Part shown: one piece after another, positions 1 to 11,616 of the stretch
How the letters are laid out: every line of letters begins with the position of its first letter
How positions within the stretch are numbered: the stretch's first letter is position 1
Notes under the pieces: model-generated
Databases searched by the model: none
Told to the model about the DNA's origin: nothing
What the model saw: only the letters and a program-made list of their open reading frames with translations
From: an uncultured Candidatus Saccharibacteria bacterium
GTDB lineage: Bacteria; Patescibacteriota; UBA1384; DTJR01
Assembly (NCBI GenBank): GCA_964580065.1
Contig: CAZOJE010000003.1
Coordinates: 18,441 to 82,440 of the forward strand
Length of the DNA stretch: 64,000 bases
Direction: 5' to 3'
Program-made: the position numbers and the translations under genes

Positions 1-21
1 TTAGTATCATTTTCTATTCTT

Positions 22-687
22 TCAAATTCCTCTTGTCTTGACAAGACCAAGAGCAAACTCGCCTTTTTCACTCAAGGCCGCTAAGGCCTCTTTGTCCGTT
101 AGTTTAAGATATAAAATCTGTTCAAATTTTTTCGTTAATTCCCGACCGATTAAAATATGATATTCGGGCAAATTCTCCGACAAAAGCTGAAGAGTTTTTT
201 TAATTCTGTGACAGGATTCAAAAAAGAAAACTGGATATTCTTGATTTTGAATAGTTTTAATCATAGTTACCCGCCCCTTTTTCTTGGGGAAAAATCCCAA
301 AAAGATAAATCGGCTGCAATCAAACGGCGCCACCGAAATAAGGGTTGTTAAAGCACTCGCCCCGGGAATGGGGCTGACTTCGATATTATGCAAAAAAGCT
401 TGTTCGACTAATTTGCCGCCCGGGTCAGACAGGTTCGGCGTGCCGGCATCTGAAACGTAACAAATATTTTTTCCCTTTTCTAAATCGCTGATAACATCTT
501 TAATCTTGGCTTCGTTAGAATGCTGATGAATGCTTATGAGCGGTTTTTTGATCCCCAATAAAGATAAAAGTTTGCCGGTGTTGCGGGTATCTTCGCTTGC
601 AACATAATCGCAACAATTCAAAGTTTCAAGCGCCCTAGCGCTCATATCCGATAAATTGCCAATTGGTGTTGAAATTAAATAAAGCAT
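22..687 (-). CDS. rsmI: 16S rRNA (cytidine1402-2'-O)-methyltransferase RsmI (tetrapyrrole methylase fold)
   Basis: N-terminus MLYLISTPIGNLSDMS...ETL and the overall layout are typical of RsmI/TP-methylase family proteins. 221 aa ORF. Confidence 0.7.
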   Translation of the reverse strand: MLYLISTPIGNLSDMSARALETLNCCDYVASEDTRNTGKLLSLLGIKKPLISIHQHSNEAKIKDVISDLEKGKNICYVSDAGTPNLSDPGGKLVEQAFLHNIEVSPIPGASALTTLISVAPFDCSRFIFLGFFPKKKGRVTMIKTIQNQEYPVFFFESCHRIKKTLQLLSENLPEYHILIGRELTKKFEQILYLKLTDKEALAALSEKGEFALGLVKTRGI

Positions 688-738
688 CTCGATATAATAT
701 CGAAGTAACGAGAAAAAGTCAAAGCTGGCACCCTTGAA

Positions 739-1017
739 ATGAAAGGATTATTTGCTAGTATGTTCTCGTTGGGCTGTTTTATGAAAAAAAGTCTTTTTTT
801 TGTTTTGACACTTTACGCAAAGGTCGGAATCGTCACTGCCGCGCCGGCTGTGATTTTAGGCCTTTTAGGAAGGTATCTAGACAAAAGATTTGGCACCAGC
901 CCTGTTTTCATTATTGTTTTAATGGTGCTCGCTCTCGTCTTAACGTTGTATGAGCTTAAAAAAATCGTTGACGAGGCCACCAAAAATTTAAACGACTTTG
1001 ACAAAAACGATAAATAA
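739..1017 (+). CDS. Small hydrophobic protein directly upstream of atpB, AtpZ/AtpI-like
   Basis: 92 aa with two TM helices, placed as the first gene of the atp operon. The start may be the internal Met (MKKSLFF). Confidence 0.35.
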   Translation: MKGLFASMFSLGCFMKKSLFFVLTLYAKVGIVTAAPAVILGLLGRYLDKRFGTSPVFIIVLMVLALVLTLYELKKIVDEATKNLNDFDKNDK

Positions 1018-1022
1018 ATAAT

Positions 1023-1760
1023 ATGGAAATATCTTTAGCCGCAGAAAAAATCGCTTACATTGGCAGTTTCGCCCTCACCAACAGTATTTTGATGAGCTGG
1101 ATTACTTCTATCGTTTTGATTATTATCGCGGTGCTAGTCAGCCGAAAACACGATTTAATGCCCAAGGGTTTGCAAAATTTCGTCGAAATGGTCATTGAAT
1201 TTCTTTACAATACAGTCAACGACGTCATCGAAGACGACAAAAAAACTAAAAAATATCTCCCAATTTTGGCAACGATTTTTATTTTCATTGTTTTTAATAA
1301 CTGGATGGGACTTTTGCCGGGGATCGGGCCCATTGGCATCAGTGAGATAAAAGAAGGTGAAAATGTTTTGATTCCCCTTTTTCGCAGTACTAATGCTGAT
1401 TTAAGCACCACTTTGGCCTTAGCTATAGTGGCCGTAATCGGCATTCAGGTTTTTGGCTGTGCCGCTATCGGCACCCTTAAATACGCCAAAAAATTCATCA
1501 ATTTTAGTAGCCCGATCAATTTCTTCTTGGGCTTTTTGGAATTAATTGGGGAATTTTCGAGAATGATTTCCTTCTCCTTTCGACTTTTTGGTAATATTTT
1601 TGCCGGAGAGGTTTTGTTGATGGTTATTGCTCACCTTGTCCCGCTAGTGGCTTCTTTGCCGTTTTTCTTTTTGGAATTATTTGTCGGATTAATTCAGGGA
1701 TTAGTTTTTATGATGCTTACACTTGTGTTTATTAAAAGCGCCACAGTCGAAGCGCATTAA
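1023..1760 (+). CDS. atpB: F0F1 ATP synthase subunit a
   Basis: 245 aa polytopic membrane protein with the conserved a-subunit C-terminal region (...FRLFGNIFAGE...). Operon context. Confidence 0.85.
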   Translation: MEISLAAEKIAYIGSFALTNSILMSWITSIVLIIIAVLVSRKHDLMPKGLQNFVEMVIEFLYNTVNDVIEDDKKTKKYLPILATIFIFIVFNNWMGLLPGIGPIGISEIKEGENVLIPLFRSTNADLSTTLALAIVAVIGIQVFGCAAIGTLKYAKKFINFSSPINFFLGFLELIGEFSRMISFSFRLFGNIFAGEVLLMVIAHLVPLVASLPFFFLELFVGLIQGLVFMMLTLVFIKSATVEAH

Positions 1761-1780
1761 ATTAACAAAAAAATAAATAA

Positions 1781-2035
<255 letters not shown>

Positions 2036-2039
2036 GCCG

Positions 2040-2525
2040 ATGGATATATTAGGGAGCTTAGGAATTGACTTTAAGGCCCTATTAGCGCAGATTATCAATT
2101 TTCTGCTTCTGCTTTTCATTCTCAAAAAATTTCTTTATGGTCCGGTCGTGCAAATGCTGGACAAAAGAAAAAAGACTATTGCCGAGGGCTTGGAAAACGC
2201 TGAAAAAGCCAAAGCAATGATCGAGAAAACCGAGCGAGAAACACAAGAAAAAATTAATCTTGCCGTACAAGAGGCCGACAAGGTAATCAACGAGGCCAAA
2301 GCGCAAGCCAAAAAAGAGGCCGAAAAGATTATTCTTTCAGCCAACGAAACCAGCACGATGATGCTGGAAAAAACCAAAAAGCAAATCGAGCTCGAAAAAG
2401 AAAAAATCATCGCTGACGCCAAAAAGGATTTATCCGGTTTGGTAATGAGCGCGGTCGAAAAAATTGTTGAATCGAGCCCAAGCAAAGATGACGTTGAAAG
2501 GGCGATTAGTAAAATAAATGAATAA
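2040..2525 (+). CDS. atpF: F0F1 ATP synthase subunit b
   Basis: 161 aa with an N-terminal TM helix followed by a long charged coiled coil. Operon position. Confidence 0.75.
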   Translation: MDILGSLGIDFKALLAQIINFLLLLFILKKFLYGPVVQMLDKRKKTIAEGLENAEKAKAMIEKTERETQEKINLAVQEADKVINEAKAQAKKEAEKIILSANETSTMMLEKTKKQIELEKEKIIADAKKDLSGLVMSAVEKIVESSPSKDDVERAISKINE

Positions 2526-2916
2526 AGCCACTATCAAATTGGCTGATTTTGTCGCTGACAGACTAGATAAAGTCGAACCAAAAACTCTCGCTGTCTCCAT
2601 CTATCGAATTATGGAGAAAAGCAAGAAATTGCGCGAGTTGCCGGAATTAATTAAGCTAATCGAGCAAAAATATGATCTTCTCAAGGGAAGAAAAGTTGTT
2701 GAAATAACAACGGCTCGCAGTTTGACGCCGGACGAAATCGACAAAATCAAAAAAGTCCTTTCAAAAAAAATCGGAGGTGACGTTAAGCTCAACCTATTCT
2801 TAAGTGAAAAACTAATCGGTGGAATTAAAATCAAATATCCCGATGATGAAGTGGTTGATTTGACGACCAAAAATAAGCTGAAAAAATTAAGGGAAAAACT
2901 AGCAGGTACATTATGA
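2518..2916 (+). CDS. atpH: F0F1 ATP synthase subunit delta (OSCP), short form
   Basis: 132 aa in the operon position between b and alpha. The C-terminal [13 protein letters not shown]...DLT motif resembles the delta C-terminal region. It is shorter than the canonical ~180 aa. Confidence 0.6.
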   Translation: MNKATIKLADFVADRLDKVEPKTLAVSIYRIMEKSKKLRELPELIKLIEQKYDLLKGRKVVEITTARSLTPDEIDKIKKVLSKKIGGDVKLNLFLSEKLIGGIKIKYPDDEVVDLTTKNKLKKLREKLAGTL

Positions 2917-4445
2917 CAAATTTAGTGGAAGAACTAAAAAAAGAAATTACCGAATTTCAAGATAAGGCCGAAAAGAAAAAAGTTGGGGAAATTGCGGAAG
3001 TCGCCGATGGTATTGCCAGAATCTACGGCTTACAAGACGCTAAATTCGGCGAGCTTTTGAAAATTTCATCCTCCGAGGGCGAAGTTTCGGCAATGGCCTT
3101 GAGTTTGGAAGAAGGTTTCATCGGAGCCATTATTTTGGGCGATTTTGCCAAAGTTAAAGCTGGTGATGAAGTTTTGGAAACCGGCGAGGTTCTCACAGTG
3201 CCGGCCGGCCAAGAAATGATCGGTCGCGTTATTAACGCTCTGGGCGAACAAATTGACGGCAAAGGTAAAATCAAAGCCGAAAAAATGATGGAAGTTGAAA
3301 AAGTCGCCCCGGGAGTTGTCACCAGAGAAAAAGTTAACACGCCTTTACAGACTGGTATTCGTGCCATTGACGCCCTTATCCCGATTGGCCGCGGCCAGCG
3401 AGAATTGATTATCGGCGACAGAGGCACGGGCAAAACGGCCATCGTTTTGGACACCATTATCAATCAAAAAAATGTCCCTGAAGAATCCCGACCAATTTGC
3501 ATTTATGTTTCAATCGGACAAAAGCGGTCAAAAATTGCCCGCCTCGTGGCCACTTTAGAGGAAAACGGCGCCATGGATTACACGATTATTGTCAGCGCAA
3601 CTTCGTCTGATCCCGCCGCCGCCAACTACCTAGCCCCATATACCGGCTGTGCTATCGCCGAATTTTTTATGGAGCAAGGCCGCGATGTTTTAATCGCCTA
3701 TGACGATTTATCTAAACAAGCTTGGGCCTATCGTGAGATTTCTCTACTTTTGCGCCGCCCGCCAGGACGCGAGGCCTACCCGGGAGATATTTTTTATCTT
3801 CACTCAAGATTGCTGGAACGCTCGGCTAAATTAAATGAGGATTACGGTGGCGGTTCAATAACGGCTTTGCCAATAATCGAAACGCAGTCGGGTGACGTTT
3901 CCGCCTACATTCCAACCAACGTTATTTCGATTACCGACGGTCAAATTTTCTTAGAGCCGGATCTGTTTTATAAAGGTATTCGGCCGGCAATCAATATTGG
4001 TATTTCCGTTTCGCGTGTTGGTGGATCGGCTCAAATCAAAGCGATGAAAAAAGTGGCCGGAAAATTAAAGCTTGATTTGGCACAGTTTCGCGAAATGGAG
4101 GCCTTTACCCAATTTGGCGGCGATTTGGACGAAAAAACCAAAACTCAAATCGAAAGAGGCAAACGCTTGACCGAGCTCACCAAACAACAGCAATTTGAGC
4201 CGATGTTGGTAGAAGATCAAGTTATTGTGTTGTTTGCCGCCACCAACGGCCTACTCGACAACGTGGCTGTTGATAAAACACTTGAGGTTTCGGCCAAGGC
4301 TCTGCAAGCCGTTAAAACTCGGGCGAAACAAATAATTGAAAAAATCAAAAAAACTGGTGACTTTGACGACGATGACGCCAAAAAAATGACCGAAATCATC
4401 AAAGAAACCGTTAAACCGTTCGAATCGGAAAACAAAGACAAATAG
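2913..4445 (+). CDS. atpA: F0F1 ATP synthase subunit alpha
   Basis: 510 aa with Walker A GDRGTGKT and overall alpha-subunit similarity. Confidence 0.95.
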   Translation: MTNLVEELKKEITEFQDKAEKKKVGEIAEVADGIARIYGLQDAKFGELLKISSSEGEVSAMALSLEEGFIGAIILGDFAKVKAGDEVLETGEVLTVPAGQEMIGRVINALGEQIDGKGKIKAEKMMEVEKVAPGVVTREKVNTPLQTGIRAIDALIPIGRGQRELIIGDRGTGKTAIVLDTIINQKNVPEESRPICIYVSIGQKRSKIARLVATLEENGAMDYTIIVSATSSDPAAANYLAPYTGCAIAEFFMEQGRDVLIAYDDLSKQAWAYREISLLLRRPPGREAYPGDIFYLHSRLLERSAKLNEDYGGGSITALPIIETQSGDVSAYIPTNVISITDGQIFLEPDLFYKGIRPAINIGISVSRVGGSAQIKAMKKVAGKLKLDLAQFREMEAFTQFGGDLDEKTKTQIERGKRLTELTKQQQFEPMLVEDQVIVLFAATNGLLDNVAVDKTLEVSAKALQAVKTRAKQIIEKIKKTGDFDDDDAKKMTEIIKETVKPFESENKDK

Positions 4446-4446
4446 T

Positions 4447-6700
<2,254 letters not shown>

Positions 6701-6701
6701 A

Positions 6702-7127
6702 ATGGCGAAAAAATTTCATTTGCTTTTAGACAGCCCTGAAGAGATGCTTTTCGACCAAGAAGTCGAACAAATTAGCTTACCCACCGCGCAAGGTGAGATC
6801 GGGATTATGGCCGATCACACTCCTTTGATTGCCCTTGTTTCTTCGGGTGTCATCACAGTAAACGACGGCCAGAAAGAGTATTTTCTTTCTAGCGGCGGCG
6901 GCTTCATTGAATTCAAAAATAATACCGCTAATATTTTTGTGCAAAGCGCGGAATTTGCCGACTCGATTGACGCCGAGCGCGCTCTCGCCGCCGCCGAAAA
7001 AGCCAAAAAAGAAATGGCGGAAAATGTTGACGAAATTAGTTTGGCCGACGCCACCGCCGTCCTAGAAAGAAATATCGCCCGACTAAAAACAATCGAAAAA
7101 AGAAAACGCCGTTCGGGGACGCGCTAA
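6702..7127 (+). CDS. atpC: F0F1 ATP synthase subunit epsilon
   Basis: 141 aa in the operon position, with a beta-sandwich N-terminus and a helical C-terminus. Confidence 0.8.
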   Translation: MAKKFHLLLDSPEEMLFDQEVEQISLPTAQGEIGIMADHTPLIALVSSGVITVNDGQKEYFLSSGGGFIEFKNNTANIFVQSAEFADSIDAERALAAAEKAKKEMAENVDEISLADATAVLERNIARLKTIEKRKRRSGTR

Positions 7128-7170
7128 TTTTTTTATCTAATCAGTCTTAAGCGTTCTAAATTATCAGCAA

Positions 7171-7647
7171 TTATTTTGCTGGTGGTATTGCCAGATCCGA
7201 AATCGTTGAAGCAATTTTTTTAGGACGAGCCACATTGGTAAAATCGACTTCACGATTCGAGCCGGAGGCCTTTATGATAACCGTGCCAAAACCAAAGATT
7301 GCACCCCATAGGGTTTGGTCAACGTCAACGGCTTGAATATCGTCCAGAGAAATTTCCTCTTCGCGGGAGCCGAAAATTCCCACCCTATTTTCAACACGCC
7401 TGTTAGTAAGGTGATAAATTGTGTAGTACCAGTTGAAAAAGATCACTACTCCAACAAAAACAATCACCAAAACAATAATTAAATAGACCCACCACGTTCT
7501 TAATCCGGCGGTGTATAAAATATAATCGAAAGCAACAAGGAGAACTATGAGGGGCAAAAGCTGGCCGGCAAGAATCAAAAAACTTGGCCTAATCTCAAGA
7601 ATTGTTTCCTCTCCCGGTATATATTTTTTCATTTTTTGATCTGCCAT
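7171..7647 (-). CDS. Membrane protein with bacterial PH domain (bPH_2/YdbS-like)
   Basis: 158 aa with two N-terminal TM helices, then Y.LTNRRV...GIFG......I....I.....QT pattern typical of bPH_2 domains. Confidence 0.5.
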   Translation of the reverse strand: MADQKMKKYIPGEETILEIRPSFLILAGQLLPLIVLLVAFDYILYTAGLRTWWVYLIIVLVIVFVGVVIFFNWYYTIYHLTNRRVENRVGIFGSREEEISLDDIQAVDVDQTLWGAIFGFGTVIIKASGSNREVDFTNVARPKKIASTISDLAIPPAK

Positions 7648-7785
7648 TTTGTCTCTCCTCTAAAACTAAATATTATATTAACTATAAACAGGACCTTCTT
7701 CAGAAGTTTATTTTACCAAAAAGTCCTACAAAAGCACACAAATATTGGTTAATTGAGTTTTTTTGGGTTGGTTTTGGGGTTGATA

Positions 7786-8439
7786 CTATTTAGTGAATCT
7801 AAATGTATTTGCGATTTGATTGAATGTCTCAACTATTAAAGCCCCAGGAGAAGCCGGAGTCAATTGGATTGTGTATTCAATCCCATCATTAACAGCAATA
7901 TAAACTAAATCGTTAATATACCCGCCTACATCGGAAGTTTCATTAGTTCTATCAATCAAGTAAAAGTCAACACCATTTATTGTTTTTTTAGTTTTATTGG
8001 CGTAGCTACTTACAATCTGATTGAGAATTTGATCAGTTGGGTTTGTACTAATAAAAATTACTGCCTCACCTGATTTTTTCGAATAACCAGGATCATAGGT
8101 AAATTGATAGTTAGCAAGACGAAAAGCAACCCTTTGAGAATCAACGGCATTTTCATCATTATTAAATGGCATCCAACCAGAAGAAGGATATTTGATTGAA
8201 TACGAGTATTTATCGTTAGCGTAGGTTTTCCAATTAACTGTCGCATCGGCTGTGGCTGAAGTATTTATGGAGACAGTTGAAGTTGCCGTAGCTGACTCTA
8301 GGGCAGTGGTTTCGCTGGTAGCTGAATTTTTTCCTGCCATAAAACCAATCGCCAAAAATATTACTGCTGTTACCACGATAAAAATTGTTGTCATGACAAT
8401 TTTATGGCCGTCAATCTGCTTGGTTTTTCCTTCTTCCAT
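7786..8439 (-). CDS. Membrane-anchored secreted protein, paralog family member 1 (divergent N-terminus)
   Basis: 217 aa: N-terminal TM anchor, S/T/A-rich linker, C-terminal domain with WKTY.NDKYSYSIKYP motif shared with the 8544 and 9949 genes, ending F.FTK. Confidence 0.55.
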   Translation of the reverse strand: MEEGKTKQIDGHKIVMTTIFIVVTAVIFLAIGFMAGKNSATSETTALESATATSTVSINTSATADATVNWKTYANDKYSYSIKYPSSGWMPFNNDENAVDSQRVAFRLANYQFTYDPGYSKKSGEAVIFISTNPTDQILNQIVSSYANKTKKTINGVDFYLIDRTNETSDVGGYINDLVYIAVNDGIEYTIQLTPASPGALIVETFNQIANTFRFTK

Positions 8440-8543
8440 TATTTGTCTCCTTTTATAATATATTTTTTACCTGGTTAACTCAACGAAAGATATTACCCTT
8501 GTTCACAAAACTTTGCCAGACTAACTCTTTGGCGGCAAATTCT

Positions 8544-9176
8544 TTATTGGGTGAATTTAAATGTAGTTAGGATTTTATCGAATTCCGTCAATGGTTGAGT
8601 GTCAGAATCTTCCATGTAGAAGAAATACAGATACTCATTTGAGCCCACTGTCAAATTTCCCACTGCCAAAGTCCTACTATCTTTAGAGTTCTCGTCAGAT
8701 GAAATTGTTTTTGTGGATTTGATCTTTCCTCCAGTATAGTCCATAGCGTATTGAACGTCAGGGAAAAACGGACCAAAGCCGTCAGGGTTTACATAAAGAT
8801 CCATAGTTGAAGTATTGCTTTTTATGGATAACTTCCTCTCTGGGACCGAGGTAGTATTCTTTTCGAGTTCGTCAGTTGCTGTATAGGTGTTCGGATACTT
8901 AAAACTAAACCCATACTTGTCGTTAGTATATGTCTTCCAGCTTGCTGTTTCATCGGCTGCCGTAGCGCTTGTTGATGTGGTAGCCGACGCTGTTGTTTGC
9001 AAACTGGTCACTTTACTCTGAAGATCGGTGATTTGGGCATTGAGATCATTTTTCTCTTTTGTGGCCTTGTTATTAACGTAGACGTAAGCACCACCACCAA
9101 AAACAACTGCTGTAAGTAAGATTAGCAAAGTAATAGTTACACCAGACATGCCTTTTTTAGCTATTTGCTCGTCCAT
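8544..9176 (-). CDS. Membrane-anchored secreted protein, paralog family member 2
   Basis: 210 aa. N-terminal ~65 aa (TM helix + NDLNAQITDLQSKVTSLQ coiled coil) is nearly identical to the 9230 and 9949 genes. C-terminal domain is variable. Confidence 0.6.
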   Translation of the reverse strand: MDEQIAKKGMSGVTITLLILLTAVVFGGGAYVYVNNKATKEKNDLNAQITDLQSKVTSLQTTASATTSTSATAADETASWKTYTNDKYGFSFKYPNTYTATDELEKNTTSVPERKLSIKSNTSTMDLYVNPDGFGPFFPDVQYAMDYTGGKIKSTKTISSDENSKDSRTLAVGNLTVGSNEYLYFFYMEDSDTQPLTEFDKILTTFKFTQ

Positions 9177-9229
9177 GAAATCTCCTTCAATTTTTATTTG
9201 ATAAATGTTTTTTTATTTTTTCCAACTCT

Positions 9230-9925
9230 TTAAAGGAATTTAAAGCTTGACAATACGTGTTGAAAAACACTGTAATTTATATCACTAGACATTCCTAAGT
9301 AAGAAATTTCATACGTCGCAGTGCCATTAGTTACAAGCACCCCAACCCCAGGGTCTGTGCCTGCCCAGACTGCTTCTAGAGCTGACTGTCCAGCAACAGT
9401 AATATTTTTTTCGGATAAATGCGGTTGCGGTGTAAACTTTTTTAATTGGTCATACCATTGCGAGGCTGTCTCGTCCGAGGGTTTGTTTGCTAATACTTGA
9501 ACCATAATCATATTCGTTGTGTCAGTCTTTGGCGGTGAGAAATCAACAAAAACGCCTGCGTCAGTCGGATCGTTACATAATATGCAGCTCGAAATTTCCC
9601 AGTCGTGGGGATATTCACTGCTCCAGCCGCTTTTACTCGTAAATAAAGACCATTGCGAGCTGTCGCTTGATAGAGATTTCGCCGAGTTAGCGGACGCCGA
9701 ACTCGTTGCACTAGCAGATGGACTAATTGACGATCTTGTCGTTTGCAAACTGGTCACTTGGCTTTGCAGCTCGGTGATTTGGGCATTTAGGTCGTTCTTT
9801 TCTTTCGTGGCTTTGTTATTTACATAAGCATAAGCACCACCACCAAAAACAACTGCTGTGAGTAAGATTAGTAAAGTAACAGTTACACCAGACATGCCAT
9901 TCTTGGTTTGCATTTGCTCATCCAT
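9230..9925 (-). CDS. Membrane-anchored secreted protein, paralog family member 3
   Basis: 231 aa with the same conserved N-terminal module and a different C-terminal domain containing CxxC (SSCILCNDP). Confidence 0.6.
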   Translation of the reverse strand: MDEQMQTKNGMSGVTVTLLILLTAVVFGGGAYAYVNNKATKEKNDLNAQITELQSQVTSLQTTRSSISPSASATSSASANSAKSLSSDSSQWSLFTSKSGWSSEYPHDWEISSCILCNDPTDAGVFVDFSPPKTDTTNMIMVQVLANKPSDETASQWYDQLKKFTPQPHLSEKNITVAGQSALEAVWAGTDPGVGVLVTNGTATYEISYLGMSSDINYSVFQHVLSSFKFL

Positions 9926-9948
9926 AGTGCTTTCCTTTCTAATTTATT

Positions 9949-10590
9949 TTACTTGGTTAATTGGAAGGTGGAGAGGATTTGGGTTAAGACAGCATCAACA
10001 TCCGCCTCATTGATATCAATATTATAATACGCCCTTACACTAACGATGTGATTACTATCTTTGTATTCGGCTTCTGTATATCGATCTTTTTCGTAACTCC
10101 CAATACCTTTTAAATTGGTAATTTTCCAACTAAGTCCATTATATGAGGGGGTTTTTTCTGAAATTATATTATAGCCCTCTGGTCCGCCAGCGTTATCTGT
10201 TATCTCAAAAACTTCTATTGAAACATTTTTATATTTTTCAGACGCAGAAGTTAGTTTCACACCGTCTAGACTGGGTGTATTTATGCTATTTTCCAACCAT
10301 CCGTTGGGGTATTTGAAACTAAAATTATATTTAGAATTGATATACTTTGTCAATTCAGCCGTCGCGCTTGTCGTGGCACTTGTTGATGTGGTAGCCGACG
10401 CTGTCGTTTGCAGACTGGCCACTTGGCTTTGTAGATCGGTGATTTGCGCATTCAGGCCGTTCTTTTCTTTCGTGGCTTTGTTATTTACATAAGCATAAGC
10501 ACCACCACCAAAAACAACTGCCGCTAGTAAGATCAGCAAAGTGATCATTGCACCAGACATGCCTTTTTTGGTTTGCATTTGCTCATCCAT
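9949..10590 (-). CDS. Membrane-anchored secreted protein, paralog family member 4
   Basis: 213 aa with the conserved N-terminal module and a C-terminal KYNFSFKYPNGW motif domain. Confidence 0.6.
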   Translation of the reverse strand: MDEQMQTKKGMSGAMITLLILLAAVVFGGGAYAYVNNKATKEKNGLNAQITDLQSQVASLQTTASATTSTSATTSATAELTKYINSKYNFSFKYPNGWLENSINTPSLDGVKLTSASEKYKNVSIEVFEITDNAGGPEGYNIISEKTPSYNGLSWKITNLKGIGSYEKDRYTEAEYKDSNHIVSVRAYYNIDINEADVDAVLTQILSTFQLTK

Positions 10591-10699
10591 AGTGCTTTCC
10601 TTTCTAATTTATTTATCAGTTTATTATAAATATTATCTTACAGCGCCAAGGAAAACGCAACTTTTTATATTACAACCTCGAGAAGTTTGTGGAATTTTG

Positions 10700-10910
10700 A
10701 CCTGACTCGAACCTTCCCGTTTAGGCGCAGATAAAGAGAAAGTGCGCAAATAGGTTAGGGTTGGTGCCGGGGCTTTGGCGGGGTGGAACCGCCAAATTCC
10801 TGACTCGAACCTAATATTGAGTTTGTGTAAAAATAATAAGTACGCGATAAATTTTGAATTTGGTGCCGGGGCTTTGGCGGGGTGGAACCGCCAAATTCCT
10901 GACTCGAACC
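10700..10910. repeat. Direct repeats resembling a tRNA 3' end (two full ~50-bp X units at 10762-10811 and 10861-10910, plus a partial unit at ~10700, each followed by a ~45-bp related Y unit)
   Basis: Reverse complement of X ends ...GGTTCGAGTC...CCCCGGCACCA, the same T-arm and acceptor/CCA end as the adjacent tRNA-Leu, but with a ~25-nt insertion. Seen directly in the sequence. Confidence 0.5.
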
Positions 10911-10957
10911 TCCGCGTTAGGTGCAGATAAAGGGAAAGTGTGCAAACGTTTTAGTGA

Positions 10958-11044
10958 TGGTGCCGGGGAGAGGACTCGAACCTCCACACTTTTGCAAGCG
11001 CCAGCTCCTAAAGCTGGTGCGTCTACCAATTTCGCCACCCCGGC
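10958..11044 (-). tRNA. tRNA-Leu (anticodon TAG), class II with long variable arm, CCA encoded
   Basis: Reverse complement reads GCCGGGGTGGCGAAATTGGTAGACGCACCAGCTTTAGGAGCTGG...GGAGGTTCGAGTCCTCTCCCCGGCACCA. 7-bp acceptor stem, anticodon loop TTTAGGA. Confidence 0.8.
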
Positions 11045-11145
11045 ATATCAAACATTTGCTATCTCGGAGAGATTATAGAACAAAATCCCCCTTCTGCCAA
11101 GAGAAAAGACTATTTTTCAAAAAATTTTGTACTATACTAATATAT

Positions 11146-11616
11146 ATGAAAAAAGACGAGAATAATTACGACGTTTCAAAAATTCTCGCCGTGGTAATTT
11201 TGGCTATCGTTGGTATTTCTGGCTGTTTTTTTGTTCTTTGGCAAATGTCAAGCCAAAAATCTGCCGCTAACGCCAAAAACACTCAAGCCGTTGCCACCCA
11301 AAAAGAAATTGATGAACTCAATCAAAAAATCGACGAACTCAACGCTTCACTGCAAGAGGTGCAAAACAGCAATTCCGACGATAGCTCTGGCACAGTCAAG
11401 GGTGATTCAACCTCGTCCGTCACCGACAAAATAAACATTAATACGGCCTCTTTGAGCGATCTCGATAAATTAGACGGAATCGGCCCCACCTACGCCCAGA
11501 GAATTATTGATTATCGTTCATCTAACAACGGATTTAAATCAATTGAGGAAATTAAAAACGTTAAAGGCATTGGCGATAAAACTTTTGAAAAACTCAAAAA
11601 TCAAATCACTATCTAG
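11146..11616 (+). CDS. comEA: Competence protein ComEA (helix-hairpin-helix DNA-binding)
   Basis: Internal Met start (MKKDENNY...). N-terminal TM helix. C-terminal ININTASLSDLDKLDGIGPTYAQRIIDYR...GIGDKTFEKLK tandem HhH motifs. Confidence 0.7.
   Translation: MKKDENNYDVSKILAVVILAIVGISGCFFVLWQMSSQKSAANAKNTQAVATQKEIDELNQKIDELNASLQEVQNSNSDDSSGTVKGDSTSSVTDKININTASLSDLDKLDGIGPTYAQRIIDYRSSNNGFKSIEEIKNVKGIGDKTFEKLKNQITI

Noticed and set aside
3023-3463. Antisense ORFs overlapping atpA (and similar overlapping ORFs across atpD, recG, dnaE, etc.)
   Set aside because: They are fully embedded in strongly supported conserved genes on the opposite strand. They are typical spurious shadow ORFs.
7786-10590. 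Paralog array considered as type IV pilin/pseudopilin genes or as a diversity-generating retroelement target
   Set aside because: The N-termini lack the G-F-T-L-I-E prepilin cleavage motif. No reverse transcriptase or template repeat is present in the window.
10762-10910. Two 50-bp identical repeats separated by a 49-bp unique spacer, considered as a mini CRISPR array
   Set aside because: There are only two full repeats. The repeat length (50 bp) and its tRNA-3'-end-like content do not fit CRISPR repeats. No cas genes are nearby. It is better explained as tRNA-derived att-like duplications.
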